A DNA stretch of 64,000 bases from an uncultured virus (IMG/VR IMGVR_UViG_3300042868_010712) (lineage: Duplodnaviria > Heunggongvirae > Uroviricota > Caudoviricetes), in IMG/VR virus record IMGVR_UViG_3300042868_010712, positions 1 through 64,000 of that record. The stretch is one strand, 5' to 3'. Under the pieces are notes generated by a model that saw only the letters and a program-made list of their open reading frames with translations, had not been told where the DNA came from and ran no database searches. Positions 20,967 to 32,369 of this stretch are shown here, piece after piece (the first letter of the stretch is position 1; the number at the start of each line of letters is the position of its first letter). The translations under genes and the position numbers were made by a program.

Positions 20967-21860
20967 ATGCCATGGATTGATAGTCTAGACTGGTCATCAT
21001 TAAACGCTCTTCGGAGATATCCTATAAGAGAGGGTCTTAGTGCGCAAAGTATTGACGAAATATTTAACATTCCTGACACTCTAATAGTGGATTTTTCATT
21101 ATCTGCTTCAAGTAATGTCGAAGACAGATTTTACATATCTAAAGTATTTAATAAAATATCTTCCGTAGTCATAGAGATCAGTGACTGGGGAGATAACATT
21201 GTAGGTACATTTCAAGCATCTTCTTCAGATAGCCTTGATACTGATTTTTACATGACCGCAACTAGCGACTATACAGGAGCTAACGGCAAAATAACTATAG
21301 GTACGCTGGCAGATCTAGCCAATCAACCTGCTGGAGTATATACATTTTCAAAATCTGCCACAGAACTAGAACCCAGGACAATCATTCCAGGATTACAGGG
21401 AATTGATAGGATTTCGTTCATTGACGTAAATGCAGGTACATCCACAATGACAGGGCATGTCAAGTTGGCTTCTCGTAGCAATCTAAGGTTTTCATTAAGC
21501 CTCACAGAAGACAATAGTGTACTACTGGACGCTGGAGATGATCTAGGTCTGAATAAACAGTGCGGTGTGACCAACTGTGTTAAGAGAATTAATGGTGTTG
21601 CTCCAGACCCAGCTACAGGAAACATTAGTTTACTGGGTATTGATTGCGTTACAGTGAAAAACAATGAACCCTACACTTTAGATATTGAAGACACCTGCTG
21701 CTCTCCATGCGTAGGCTGTAACGATCTACAAGAATTGACTCTAAGACTCACCTCGCTAGAGAATAACTTTTTAAACTTAAAAAATAATTATAATAATGTT
21801 AATAATCAACTATCTACTTATCTAGCCACCACAAACTCCAATTGCGAATGTCCTGCCTAG
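20967..21860 (+). CDS. Cys-rich structural protein, paralog 1 of a 5-member family
   Basis: LDWSSLNALRRYPI N-terminus, CVKRINGVAPD..GNI, CCSPCVGC, coiled coil, NCECPA. Confidence 0.7.
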   Translation: MPWIDSLDWSSLNALRRYPIREGLSAQSIDEIFNIPDTLIVDFSLSASSNVEDRFYISKVFNKISSVVIEISDWGDNIVGTFQASSSDSLDTDFYMTATSDYTGANGKITIGTLADLANQPAGVYTFSKSATELEPRTIIPGLQGIDRISFIDVNAGTSTMTGHVKLASRSNLRFSLSLTEDNSVLLDAGDDLGLNKQCGVTNCVKRINGVAPDPATGNISLLGIDCVTVKNNEPYTLDIEDTCCSPCVGCNDLQELTLRLTSLENNFLNLKNNYNNVNNQLSTYLATTNSNCECPA

Positions 21861-21881
21861 CTGTTAAAATAGCAAAATATT

Positions 21882-24800
21882 ATGGCAGCTCTGGAGTACT
21901 TAACGCAAAACAGCTTAACAGCATATCCGTTCAGGAGAAGCAGGCCTGCGTTTACAACAAACTTCCAGCAAGAAAATTATACAGAGTCTCTAGTAAGTGA
22001 CGAGTGGTTTTACGATATAATCTTTGTTTCTTACTCGACCAGTATACGAAGTGTATATGTTTCGAGTATAGAAAAAACAGAAGACGGACGGCTTATACTA
22101 GGCTTCAGTAACGCTGAAACTTTACAATTAATAGATAATCGTTTAATTGAAGTACCTGCCGATAAACTAGAGAATCATTTAAACAACAGGGCCCAAAGTT
22201 TTTTTCCTGTCACAAGTACATCTTTTTCAGTAAAAATTGTTTTTGGTGCGGGGCTGGTGGGCAGTACTGCTTTTAGCTATACTTACAACTCAGCACAAAC
22301 ATTATTAGCGGCTAGCGCAGTAATACCCTGCCCTCCAAAATTATTAAGTTTAACTTTTAAAGCATTTCAATCTGAGAGAAATGAGTCTGGTCAGGTCATT
22401 TCAGAGCTCGTACCCATAATAACCTATACTCCTAGTGACTACTCTCCTATATGGAGATTTGGACATAATCTGAACTTTGCTTTAGAGAGTTTAAATTATG
22501 GAGGGATCTCAGTTGAACCAGGAGGAGGGATGGGACTGTTTGATAGCTGTACTCCTGCAGGAGATATTACAGATGTATACACCGTATCAAATGTTAGTCC
22601 AAACGATGAGGGAAGTTTATTTTTAAACACACTTGCCTGCCAAAGTTTAAATCTTTTATCAGAAAACGATAAAAGCTTTTTAACGCTGACCAATCAGTTA
22701 GATAATTACTCTGAAGATATTATTATTGCAGGGCATTCATTAACTTTAAAAAACTTTTGTGAAGCTAAATGCCCTAGGGAAAATATTAACGCTTTTGCGC
22801 ATTATATTAATCGTGTAGCTGACGCAGCTTCAGAAATTAGTAAAATAGCTTTTCTCGATAAAGAAACAAGAGGACTAGGGACACCCACAACAGACATATT
22901 CAACGTTTCTTCTTTTTGCGTCAGCAATTTAGCCGAAGCTGGGGCAACAGGCGCCTCCAGTCAGTTCAATAATCCTTTTTTACGCTGTACTGAAGTTACA
23001 GAACCCATAGATACATTTATAGACTGCAACGCGTCCTTCATAAAATATTTCCATGAGTTTAGAACTTTGCAAATATTTTACAATAGCGTAACCACCAGAA
23101 GTTTCATTATTCTGGAGGTTATTGATGAGAACACTGTAAGATTAAATGAATCCCCTACAGCCGGCCAAAATTTATGGTTTAGAGTAAAAGACAATGGAGT
23201 AATTAGTAATATGAACTGCGCTACTTTAGCGCATAACCAGAAAATTGAGCTAGCAAAAAAAACTTACTTTAAAGTCAGATATACTACTAGTGAAACTCAG
23301 GATTACGACGGATCGCAAGTCACAGTCACATCTTTGTCCATAGGAATATATAATCCTTCAGCTTTAGGTATCACAAGTGTGCGTGTAGATTTCAATGTGT
23401 CACCAAAGCTCACACAAGTAGGTGCAATTAAAGTTAGAAAAAAAGAAACTGTAGACTTGATGAATACTGCAGAAGCAGTGTTGGGTTGTAAAGAGTACGC
23501 TATAGTAGAAGTAGCGTATAAAATAGCTTGCGGAGAAGTTGATGCAGACATAAGCATCCAAGTCATGGATACCACCGGCGCTGTTGAAGAACAGATAGGT
23601 GAAACATACTACATACCTAGCATCAACGGAGCGTTATGTGTAGACAGTCCTATAGGTGCAACAAAAGTAACAAGACAATTAAAACATTCACAGGTCACAT
23701 CTGACTTTGTATACCCGCCATTACCTAGCGTAGTAACACCCCAGGAGGAGTGGACAACGTCTAACGTCACGATAATAGGGGATGCGCCTGCAGGTTTTGC
23801 TGTATCTGCGTATCAGCCGTGGACATGGCCAAGCCAGCAGAACGCTGTGGAAATTTGCCAGACCTATCCAAAATACTGTTTACTCAACGGGAACCCCTTG
23901 TTGGCATGCGGCTGGATTAAATTGTTCTACGCCCTCGTGCCTAGTGAAATACCCGACAACAATAAAAGCAAAAGATATGAAATTATTTTTAGAAATACGA
24001 CGGCCACAGCAGCAGAACTTGGCAATCTTGGAGCGTATGCCCCGCTTCCAAAATACAATTATTCTAAAGTTGTAATAATATGGTTAGCTTCGCCGGTCAT
24101 ATTGTCACCCTTAGGTGTGAATTACACTGAAAGTAACCCAGCGCTTATAGACTACGACACCACATACACTGATGAAAATCCATTACTCACTGTGTCTGTT
24201 GATAATATGCTACGCTTCTCGGAAGCTTTTCCGGGAGATGACGAAGCGTATTATTATATTGTCACAGGACTGCCTGCAGGGCTTACGTTCAACGAAGCCA
24301 CCGGATCAATAACAGGTAAAATATCTTCTGATGCTCCATCTGGCGAAAAGATAGCCATAACAATATCTGCTCATAATCCTGACGGATATGCTCAAAACCC
24401 GCAAACAATTTACCTACAACCTGAGTTACGTGCAGTTCCAGAAATATCCCTGGACCTCACCACGCCTGGGCCTACATTTGATATCGACAATCTGACAGTG
24501 TACACCACGGTCGCATCTTTTTATAAGATAAATACCGTAAATCTACCTATACTATATTACAGAATATATTTTGGTGCAGGGCAAAGCTTACCTAACGGAC
24601 TATACTTTGACCAGGCTGTGGGGTTGATTACCGGCAGAATTACTTCAAACACCGCAGGTAGCTTAAGTTTTGAAATCACGGCAATCAACCGTTTTGGAGA
24701 ATCTGATAGGCTGGCTATAAGTATAAATTACGAAATATTTTCTAGACCTCAAATAACGGCACCAACAGCTTCACAGTACTTCAATCTCTTATTCAATTCA

Positions 24801-27800
24801 GTATATACTATAGAATCTCCACTATTTACTATAACAGCCACGCAGGCTTTTGGAGGAACAGATAATTTTGCCGAGGGGCTCACAGATTTAACTAGAAACA
24901 GCTACACGGCTGACGCATGGAACGGCACCTCAGGCATACCTCCGGGTTTTTTCTTAGATCAATATACTGGTAAATTTTACGGTGTATTAGATAGCGCAGA
25001 AATACCTACAGATTTGGTGCCTGTAACTTATCCTATATTTTTAAAAGCTACAAACCCACTAGGGCAGTCGGAGAAGCTGGTTTATCTTGTTCTTGGTAGT
25101 CCTGAGGGTGCACCAGTAATATCCACAGGTAGCACAATTACAATCGCAAGAAACACGGAATATACATTAGCGTCACCTTTGTTCACAATATCTGCAACAG
25201 GGGATCCTGATACTTATGCAGCTACAGGATTACCTGCAGGTTTGACTTGTGACGAAAGTACAGGAAAAATAATAGGTAGCGTAAACTCATCGCTATACGC
25301 TGGAGTTTATACTGTAACGTTGGAGGCACAAAACGACTACGGCTCAGCCGCACCAATAACGAGGCTTATTAAAGTTCCGTTAACTTCTCCAACTATATCT
25401 CCAGCTGACACTTATACAATATTTGTAGGTGCAACTTATGCAAATATTTTTACAGTAACCCCTCCTCAAATAATAGGTGGAGAAATTTCAAACATATCTT
25501 TGTCTCAAATACCTCCAGGTTTAAGCTTCACAAATAATACGCTCTCAGGCATTCCAACCAATACAGGAAATTTCAACATATCTGTTACAGCATCATCTCT
25601 TACGCTAGGGATTTCCAGATCAACTGTAGCTATAAGCATAAGCAGGCAGTTATACACTATGACAGGTAGCGTTCTAGACGACCAGGGCTCTGGTGTAGCA
25701 GGTGTAGGTATAGTTATGCGAGGAGCCACAGGAGCTATAACCAGCAATGATGGCACGTATAGTTTAAGCGATATACCGTCAGGCACTTTCAATGTTACCG
25801 CAGTTAAAGCCGAGGCAATCATTACACCAACGAGAAAAAGCGCTACGTTTCCACCGACAGGAGGAGGATCAACACTTAGTGGAATTAACTTCACTGCTGT
25901 AGGTCCTCTACGATTAATCACAGGAACTTTAAAAAACAGTGTAGACCAGACGCCTATCGCGAATGCAGTGATAAATGACAGCTTTCAAATAGTAAGAACT
26001 AATTCATACGGGCAATTTGAATTGTATACATCTAGGAATGCGGTAACATTGACGTTAACCGCTTCAAATTACATAATCCCTGACCAACAAGTAAACGCAG
26101 GCAGCACTAGTGTAATTTTGAATATGCTCGGCAATCCAATCTACTCATTGGCAGGAACTATAACAGCCGAAGAAAACATACAGGGTAGTATTCAGGTGAC
26201 TGCAATAAATACAGCCACCGAAGAAGAATTTTCTACACAAGCGCTAATAACAAACAACACAGCTTACTATTATTTAGACCTTAAATCAGGTACGTATACT
26301 ATTTTACCTAGTAGTAATAGCCCTCAAGGATTTTCTTTTTTTGGCCTACCTGCCAGTGTTACGATGAATGTATCCCGCATCGTAAACTTTAGTGCAAATA
26401 AGCCTGGGAAAATATACGGTACAGTAGGATACGTACGTACAAATAGCCAAGACTATACATTCCCACTACCTGGTGCAGTCGTATCGGCCTCTTTGGATAC
26501 TAACGCACAGCCAGGACCAGGACTAAGCTATATTGGAAACATCGGGTCAACAGGCGCAGCATCAGTCACAACTAACAGCCTAGGTGAGTATGTATTAGAA
26601 AATTTAACTTACGGAACTTATATCATAACTACCCAGCTAGAGGGTTATACATTTGCAGTAGGCTCTGCAGCATTAGGAACACAAGCAACAGCTTTAGTTA
26701 ATTTTATACCATCGCAGGCATTTGATATCTCCGGTAGAGTTTACGGAGACACAGCAAAGTCTATAAATTTATATATTGCCAGGGTATATTTAAAAGAGGT
26801 ATCTACAGGCAAATTATATCGCACAGGAACAAATTTAAACGACAGTACATATATAATACGCAACGTACCCTCAAGCGTAAATTATTCTGTAGAACCTCTG
26901 GATTATGTTTTAAGTGCAGAGTTAATAGGCTGTACTTTTACACTTGAATCAGACCCATCAGGTAAAGTATCCGTGAACAATTCGAGTTTATTTGCCAAAG
27001 ACTTCATACTGGACTCCGTATTACCCATATTACCTCCGACCCCCGAGATAGAGAACATTCAGCTAGCCTCAAATCGCGAAGCCACAGTATACTATAACAT
27101 AGGCACAAGCAACGAAGGTTGCCCAGTAATAGAAAAGTATTATGCTATAAGCGAAACACCGGGAGCAACCGGAGCAACCGGAGCAACAGGACCATCATGG
27201 GTGCTTATACCTAGTGCATACGGAGCAACAGGGGCAACAGGATCAACTACACCCGGGTTTGAAGGAGGCGTGGCAGGAGCAACAGGAGCAACAGGAGCAA
27301 CAGGAGCAACAGGAACATTTTTCATAATACCTAGCACATCTATAGTCCTAGGTAAAGATTATGATATAAAGCTTAAATCTGTAAATTTATACGGTGAAAC
27401 AATTTCAAGCCAATATTCTCTTACAACTCCGAAACCTCCTGAGGCCCCAACAATCACATCCTCCACGGTATTATATACTGCACCTCCAGGCTTAAGCGTG
27501 GAATATACGGCTCCGACAGAAACCTACGGTTATTCTATAACTAGGTATGAATGGCGCTACAGAGTTACTGCAGACTTATTGACTGGAGCAGTATTTAATT
27601 CTCCTGCATGGACAGCGTGGGTAGCAACACCAAGCTTAAGTCCGTCTCCTTTAATAATAACCAATATTCCTACGGCGCGAATAATCGATATTCAATTGAG
27701 GGCAGTTTCAACGATAGGCTCAGGAGTAGCTTCTAATATTTTACAAGATATAACCGTCGCAAGCTCCCCTGTAACGCCAAATAATTTCATATTTCCTGAA

Positions 27801-30800
27801 GGGTACGATAAGCGGACACCGGAGATGCTGGCTGAAGGAGGAGGTATAAAAGTATATTTTTATCAGGGCGCAAATGGAGGTTCAGAAATAACCGATATTG
27901 AATATAGCCTGGACGGCGAAGTAACCACTGTTTCAACAGGACTACAACCGCAAATAAATACTTACAACTATTTCATAATTTCAGGTTTAACAGGAGGACA
28001 AACTTACACTGTTAAAATACGTGCTGTAAACGCTAGAGGTTACAGTTCATGGCTTACATATAACTCTAAAAAAATTATAGCTAAACCTATAAGCTTGGCG
28101 CTTAAACCAGAACATTTGGTGGTACATAGCCCTAATCTATATTTAAATTTAAGTTCCACTGACGATATTTTTGATACAGGAGGAGCGTTGAGAATAGCTA
28201 GCTGTGTTTTTGACATAGCTGTAGATAACGATAGTTGGTCTCCTGATCCGTTAAACCCGGACGAAGCAAGAACTTTAGAAAATTCAGGACTAGTAATGCT
28301 TAGCGATAACCAATCGTATGGAAATTATTTTTCACCCAAAACTATAGTGCTCGCACCATTAAACACAACCTATACTCAGCTATATTCTTTTTTAGATGAT
28401 AGAACTTATTATGTGCGCTGCACTCCTACGAATAATGAAAACCTGACAGGGGAACCTTCACCATTCACCAGTGTAACAATAGCTGCCTCTCTACCGACTA
28501 TCGCTGCCCCGATAAAAATTAGAACCGTGCCAGGCGAAGGATCCCTTAGAGTTACAGCCGCAACCGCAGCAAGAAGTATACTTTTAGAGGAAGCAGGAGG
28601 TGCTGAACCGAATCTTTATCCTGGTAGCTGGGAGTTCATTAATACACTACCCCCTCTAAGGTCTGAAGCTAATGAAACTTTACGTTTTGCCGTGGAGGTC
28701 AGAGATCCTTTAGACCTTGAAACGTTAATAAGTACGCATTACATATACCCAACTTATACTTATGGAGGAGATTTTGACTTACCTAGCTCTGTGCGTAGGT
28801 ATTTAAGACGGTCATATTTTGCCCCTCCTGTCGATGACTTTTGGGGAAATATAACCGGACTCAGCGAAGGTCAGCAATATAAGTTGACGTATTATATGGA
28901 GAACCCTATAGGGCAGGGCCCTAAATCTAACATATTTATAACAACCAGCCGAGTTGGCACCCCTCAAAGTTTTGTAGGTGTAACGTTTGGTACGCCAGAC
29001 ATGTTCAACACTATACCTGTATCTTTTAGTCTATCTTATTACATATCCACAGACTACCCTAGTAGTTTAGTGCAATACGCAGTATATCCTAACGACGAAA
29101 GCACTAGCTTATATTATTCTATAGACGACGGGGAAACCTATATATTAATTGATAACTATGTAGCATCCGAAGGAGACATCGACACAGCGTGGCTAGGTGT
29201 ATTAGAAGAAAATCCAGATTGGTATCCATATGAGTTATTAGAGACTGTAGATTGGACTATATTTGCTCCAGACTTTGTAGGCTATGATTGGGAAAGAACG
29301 TTAGAAAACGGAGGATTAATTTATCCTCCTGAAGGAACTATAAGAACACTCGATAACGGCGGCTACTATCCAGGCGCCCTTCGCGAAAGAAGACTAGATA
29401 ACGGCGGATATATTTATAATTTATCAGAACCGCGCACAGTTGCAAATGGTGGCCTTTTACCTAATACGGCAAAATTAAATTGCATGCTACCTACACCAAA
29501 TAACGGTGCATACCAAGCGACATATTTAATTAAAGCTAGCAACAACCTAGGCGACGGTGTTGTGCTTTCGTTCTACTCGTTCAGGCGTACACCTACTGAA
29601 GCAGTTTTACCGACAAGCCTTTCAGACATACAGCAAGCGCAAGGGCAATTAACCTTTAGTGCAAGCGATCAAGAAAACTACAGCTCGCCTACAATGCTGC
29701 GATGCAGCTTCGCCAATACTCTTATTGTCTACGAAGCCCCGCTGACAAACCCATTTGTGTGGACAGATATACCTAGCGGTACATACTCAGGTGGGATTAT
29801 AATTGAAGCTTACAACAACGCAGGCACAGGAGCCAGAAGCGAAATATCTGGAACTGTAGTTATAGCTACACCGTCTCAGCCGATATTAACGTATAACGCT
29901 ACATATAACGGTCCTATAGATCTTGTTATTGGTAGACCTACCTCAACAGCAGGACAAGCCATAACTTTCTACGAAATAACTGTAACTACACAGGAGGAAT
30001 ATGGCGATAGCTGGCAAGACAAGGGTATTAGACAAGCCTCAGTCGCCTACACTGGGCAAATAACAAATTACACAATAAACACAACCGGTTATGTTGTAAA
30101 AATAAATACTAGATTTTTAGTTGTTGTACGGGCCAGGAACCAGTATGACACAGGTATAAGCGCCAGTTTGTTTGTTTATCCTCATATGTACGGGAGCATT
30201 CCAAGCAGCTACTCGGTAACTCCGGGTGCCGACAAGTACACTTTATCATGGAGGCTAGGGTATACCGGCAATCTTCCTGGAGGGTTTAAAATAAACGGAG
30301 AAATCTTAGGTACCCCTCACACATTTACAGGTGAGCCTGGATTATTAAATCGCCTTTATACCAAAGAGGTACCTACGCAGATATATACAACTCAAACATA
30401 CGTATTAGAACAATATAATTCGGCAGGATTATCTGTAAATACTAGCGGGCAGCCACAGCCGCTAACTGTTTACGCTCAAGGGGCGTATAGCCCTGCGCCT
30501 CCATTAATAACTCAAGCCTTACAATATAGTGAAAACACCTATCAAATTAATATAGCGGTAAACCCTTTATGGAAAACAACTATAAACAACAAAACTATAG
30601 AATATAAATTTTGGGTAGAAAATGAGACAAATTTCAACGATGCACCTGTGCAAGGACCATATCCGTGGGGTTCCACAAATACCAATGAATTGTACCTTCC
30701 CGATCTCGTACAGGGAGTCACATATAAATTTGCCTGCAGACTTGCATACGCATATGGCGGTTATGGCTTGAGATACACTGAGTACACAGAAGCGATAAGT

Positions 30801-32321
30801 ATAAGTCTTATGCCAAATACCAGCATATCCGGCATATCTATGGACCAATACGCTAATGCTTTGATAGTAAGAATACTAGCAGAAAATGCTGTAAATCTTA
30901 GCTACTACATTAATGATGCATACCAAGGCGCAATACCTTACCCTCCTGATGGGTACATAGCCATTTGCCCGAGTGAATTTCCAGATGCAAGTATAAGCTT
31001 TTTGAATGGGGGAAATTTACAAATTAAAGCAACCACCAGCAATGTGAGTGGCACGTCGGCTGAGGTTATACAAGACTTTACATATCAGCCAGCCGCAAAC
31101 GTACTTAATTTTACTCCTCCCCTCGTTACGCTATTATCTGCAACTGCAGGCGTAAATAACTGCGCAATAACGTTCAGTACGTCCTGTGGGTTAGCGGGCT
31201 CAATAAGCTACAAGTGTCGCATAACCGAAACTGATACATTTACATTCAGGGAACTCAGTGTTCCGACCCCCACGTTTTCCAACGGAGTTTTCAGTGCTAC
31301 AATCCTGAATCTAATTACAGGTGTAAATTACATAATAGAATTACAGGCTGACTACTACGGAGTACGTTCAGTAGCTTGGAGTAAAGGTCTGCATTCAGGA
31401 ATTATAGTTGGTCCTCCTACAGCCCCTAAAAATCTGTCAGTGGTATCTGCGAATAACTCACTAATAGTTAGCTTTCCTGTAGTCAGCGCAGCCACCAGCT
31501 ATAGGTACAACACCAAAACAGGAACAAACCCAGCAACACAAGATCAAACAGTAACCCATACTACGACCGCAGGAATTGTCAGCTTTACAATACCTAATCT
31601 AACTAACGGAACACTGTATCTAGTTAAGGTCAAAGCTGTAAATTCTTACGGTGCAAGCCCAGATAGCTCAGGAGCAAACGGCACCCCTGCAAATGTACCG
31701 TCTACAATAAACACTGATAAGATAGCATTAACTCGTGGAGACCAACAAGTTAATGTCAATATCTCCCCGCTTCCAGCAAATAATGGAAGCCCTATACAAA
31801 AGTTTAAATATTCGTTGGACGGGGGCAGCAATAGTGTTTTGACCGTAAGTACATCGCTACCCATAACAATCACATCATGGCAAGGGAGTCCTCTACAAAA
31901 TGGAGCAAGTTATTCTTTGATTATTGCAGCTGTAAATGCCGCAGGAGCTGGAGTCTACTCGAACGCAGTCTCTTTTGTTCCAGCTAAAGTTCCCTCAGCG
32001 CCTGCACTAAATGAGTCTGTAATTAACGGAAGCTTGAGTGCGATTATACGATTTACAGCCCCCACAGATGCAGGCGGCCTGGAAATAACAAATTACGAAT
32101 ACTCGACAGACAATGGCGCTACTTACAAGGCCCTTAGCCCAGCAAGCGCAGTCCCGTCAGTTGAAGGTTATGCCGGGTTGGCCATAAGAATCACACAGAG
32201 GTCTTCTGGTGTAGGCTTATTACTACAGGCTAATACTTTTTATGTTATAAAAGTTAGAGCAGTGAACGCTGTAGGTCCTGGAGTAGCCTCAAACTACGTA
32301 GTAGCTCAACCTACAGCTTAA
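21882..32321 (+). CDS. Giant (3479 aa) virion fibre/adhesin with putative-Ig, carboxypeptidase-regulatory-like and FN3 domains; paralog 2
   Basis: Repeated GLP.GL.....G.I.G (Ig), G.V....G..GV (CarboxypepD-like) and GGSEIT.YEYS.D.G / Y.VK.RAVNA.G (FN3) motifs. Confidence 0.8.
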   Translation: MAALEYLTQNSLTAYPFRRSRPAFTTNFQQENYTESLVSDEWFYDIIFVSYSTSIRSVYVSSIEKTEDGRLILGFSNAETLQLIDNRLIEVPADKLENHLNNRAQSFFPVTSTSFSVKIVFGAGLVGSTAFSYTYNSAQTLLAASAVIPCPPKLLSLTFKAFQSERNESGQVISELVPIITYTPSDYSPIWRFGHNLNFALESLNYGGISVEPGGGMGLFDSCTPAGDITDVYTVSNVSPNDEGSLFLNTLACQSLNLLSENDKSFLTLTNQLDNYSEDIIIAGHSLTLKNFCEAKCPRENINAFAHYINRVADAASEISKIAFLDKETRGLGTPTTDIFNVSSFCVSNLAEAGATGASSQFNNPFLRCTEVTEPIDTFIDCNASFIKYFHEFRTLQIFYNSVTTRSFIILEVIDENTVRLNESPTAGQNLWFRVKDNGVISNMNCATLAHNQKIELAKKTYFKVRYTTSETQDYDGSQVTVTSLSIGIYNPSALGITSVRVDFNVSPKLTQVGAIKVRKKETVDLMNTAEAVLGCKEYAIVEVAYKIACGEVDADISIQVMDTTGAVEEQIGETYYIPSINGALCVDSPIGATKVTRQLKHSQVTSDFVYPPLPSVVTPQEEWTTSNVTIIGDAPAGFAVSAYQPWTWPSQQNAVEICQTYPKYCLLNGNPLLACGWIKLFYALVPSEIPDNNKSKRYEIIFRNTTATAAELGNLGAYAPLPKYNYSKVVIIWLASPVILSPLGVNYTESNPALIDYDTTYTDENPLLTVSVDNMLRFSEAFPGDDEAYYYIVTGLPAGLTFNEATGSITGKISSDAPSGEKIAITISAHNPDGYAQNPQTIYLQPELRAVPEISLDLTTPGPTFDIDNLTVYTTVASFYKINTVNLPILYYRIYFGAGQSLPNGLYFDQAVGLITGRITSNTAGSLSFEITAINRFGESDRLAISINYEIFSRPQITAPTASQYFNLLFNSVYTIESPLFTITATQAFGGTDNFAEGLTDLTRNSYTADAWNGTSGIPPGFFLDQYTGKFYGVLDSAEIPTDLVPVTYPIFLKATNPLGQSEKLVYLVLGSPEGAPVISTGSTITIARNTEYTLASPLFTISATGDPDTYAATGLPAGLTCDESTGKIIGSVNSSLYAGVYTVTLEAQNDYGSAAPITRLIKVPLTSPTISPADTYTIFVGATYANIFTVTPPQIIGGEISNISLSQIPPGLSFTNNTLSGIPTNTGNFNISVTASSLTLGISRSTVAISISRQLYTMTGSVLDDQGSGVAGVGIVMRGATGAITSNDGTYSLSDIPSGTFNVTAVKAEAIITPTRKSATFPPTGGGSTLSGINFTAVGPLRLITGTLKNSVDQTPIANAVINDSFQIVRTNSYGQFELYTSRNAVTLTLTASNYIIPDQQVNAGSTSVILNMLGNPIYSLAGTITAEENIQGSIQVTAINTATEEEFSTQALITNNTAYYYLDLKSGTYTILPSSNSPQGFSFFGLPASVTMNVSRIVNFSANKPGKIYGTVGYVRTNSQDYTFPLPGAVVSASLDTNAQPGPGLSYIGNIGSTGAASVTTNSLGEYVLENLTYGTYIITTQLEGYTFAVGSAALGTQATALVNFIPSQAFDISGRVYGDTAKSINLYIARVYLKEVSTGKLYRTGTNLNDSTYIIRNVPSSVNYSVEPLDYVLSAELIGCTFTLESDPSGKVSVNNSSLFAKDFILDSVLPILPPTPEIENIQLASNREATVYYNIGTSNEGCPVIEKYYAISETPGATGATGATGPSWVLIPSAYGATGATGSTTPGFEGGVAGATGATGATGATGTFFIIPSTSIVLGKDYDIKLKSVNLYGETISSQYSLTTPKPPEAPTITSSTVLYTAPPGLSVEYTAPTETYGYSITRYEWRYRVTADLLTGAVFNSPAWTAWVATPSLSPSPLIITNIPTARIIDIQLRAVSTIGSGVASNILQDITVASSPVTPNNFIFPEGYDKRTPEMLAEGGGIKVYFYQGANGGSEITDIEYSLDGEVTTVSTGLQPQINTYNYFIISGLTGGQTYTVKIRAVNARGYSSWLTYNSKKIIAKPISLALKPEHLVVHSPNLYLNLSSTDDIFDTGGALRIASCVFDIAVDNDSWSPDPLNPDEARTLENSGLVMLSDNQSYGNYFSPKTIVLAPLNTTYTQLYSFLDDRTYYVRCTPTNNENLTGEPSPFTSVTIAASLPTIAAPIKIRTVPGEGSLRVTAATAARSILLEEAGGAEPNLYPGSWEFINTLPPLRSEANETLRFAVEVRDPLDLETLISTHYIYPTYTYGGDFDLPSSVRRYLRRSYFAPPVDDFWGNITGLSEGQQYKLTYYMENPIGQGPKSNIFITTSRVGTPQSFVGVTFGTPDMFNTIPVSFSLSYYISTDYPSSLVQYAVYPNDESTSLYYSIDDGETYILIDNYVASEGDIDTAWLGVLEENPDWYPYELLETVDWTIFAPDFVGYDWERTLENGGLIYPPEGTIRTLDNGGYYPGALRERRLDNGGYIYNLSEPRTVANGGLLPNTAKLNCMLPTPNNGAYQATYLIKASNNLGDGVVLSFYSFRRTPTEAVLPTSLSDIQQAQGQLTFSASDQENYSSPTMLRCSFANTLIVYEAPLTNPFVWTDIPSGTYSGGIIIEAYNNAGTGARSEISGTVVIATPSQPILTYNATYNGPIDLVIGRPTSTAGQAITFYEITVTTQEEYGDSWQDKGIRQASVAYTGQITNYTINTTGYVVKINTRFLVVVRARNQYDTGISASLFVYPHMYGSIPSSYSVTPGADKYTLSWRLGYTGNLPGGFKINGEILGTPHTFTGEPGLLNRLYTKEVPTQIYTTQTYVLEQYNSAGLSVNTSGQPQPLTVYAQGAYSPAPPLITQALQYSENTYQINIAVNPLWKTTINNKTIEYKFWVENETNFNDAPVQGPYPWGSTNTNELYLPDLVQGVTYKFACRLAYAYGGYGLRYTEYTEAISISLMPNTSISGISMDQYANALIVRILAENAVNLSYYINDAYQGAIPYPPDGYIAICPSEFPDASISFLNGGNLQIKATTSNVSGTSAEVIQDFTYQPAANVLNFTPPLVTLLSATAGVNNCAITFSTSCGLAGSISYKCRITETDTFTFRELSVPTPTFSNGVFSATILNLITGVNYIIELQADYYGVRSVAWSKGLHSGIIVGPPTAPKNLSVVSANNSLIVSFPVVSAATSYRYNTKTGTNPATQDQTVTHTTTAGIVSFTIPNLTNGTLYLVKVKAVNSYGASPDSSGANGTPANVPSTINTDKIALTRGDQQVNVNISPLPANNGSPIQKFKYSLDGGSNSVLTVSTSLPITITSWQGSPLQNGASYSLIIAAVNAAGAGVYSNAVSFVPAKVPSAPALNESVINGSLSAIIRFTAPTDAGGLEITNYEYSTDNGATYKALSPASAVPSVEGYAGLAIRITQRSSGVGLLLQANTFYVIKVRAVNAVGPGVASNYVVAQPTA
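27162..27314 (+). repeat. GGAGCAACA/C repeats encoding (Gly-Ala-Thr)n
   Basis: Three GAT tracts inside one FN3-like unit. Confidence 0.85.
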
Positions 32322-32369
32322 ACGTAATTTTTCTTGATCACTAGCGTCCTTAAGTAATATTATAAATTT

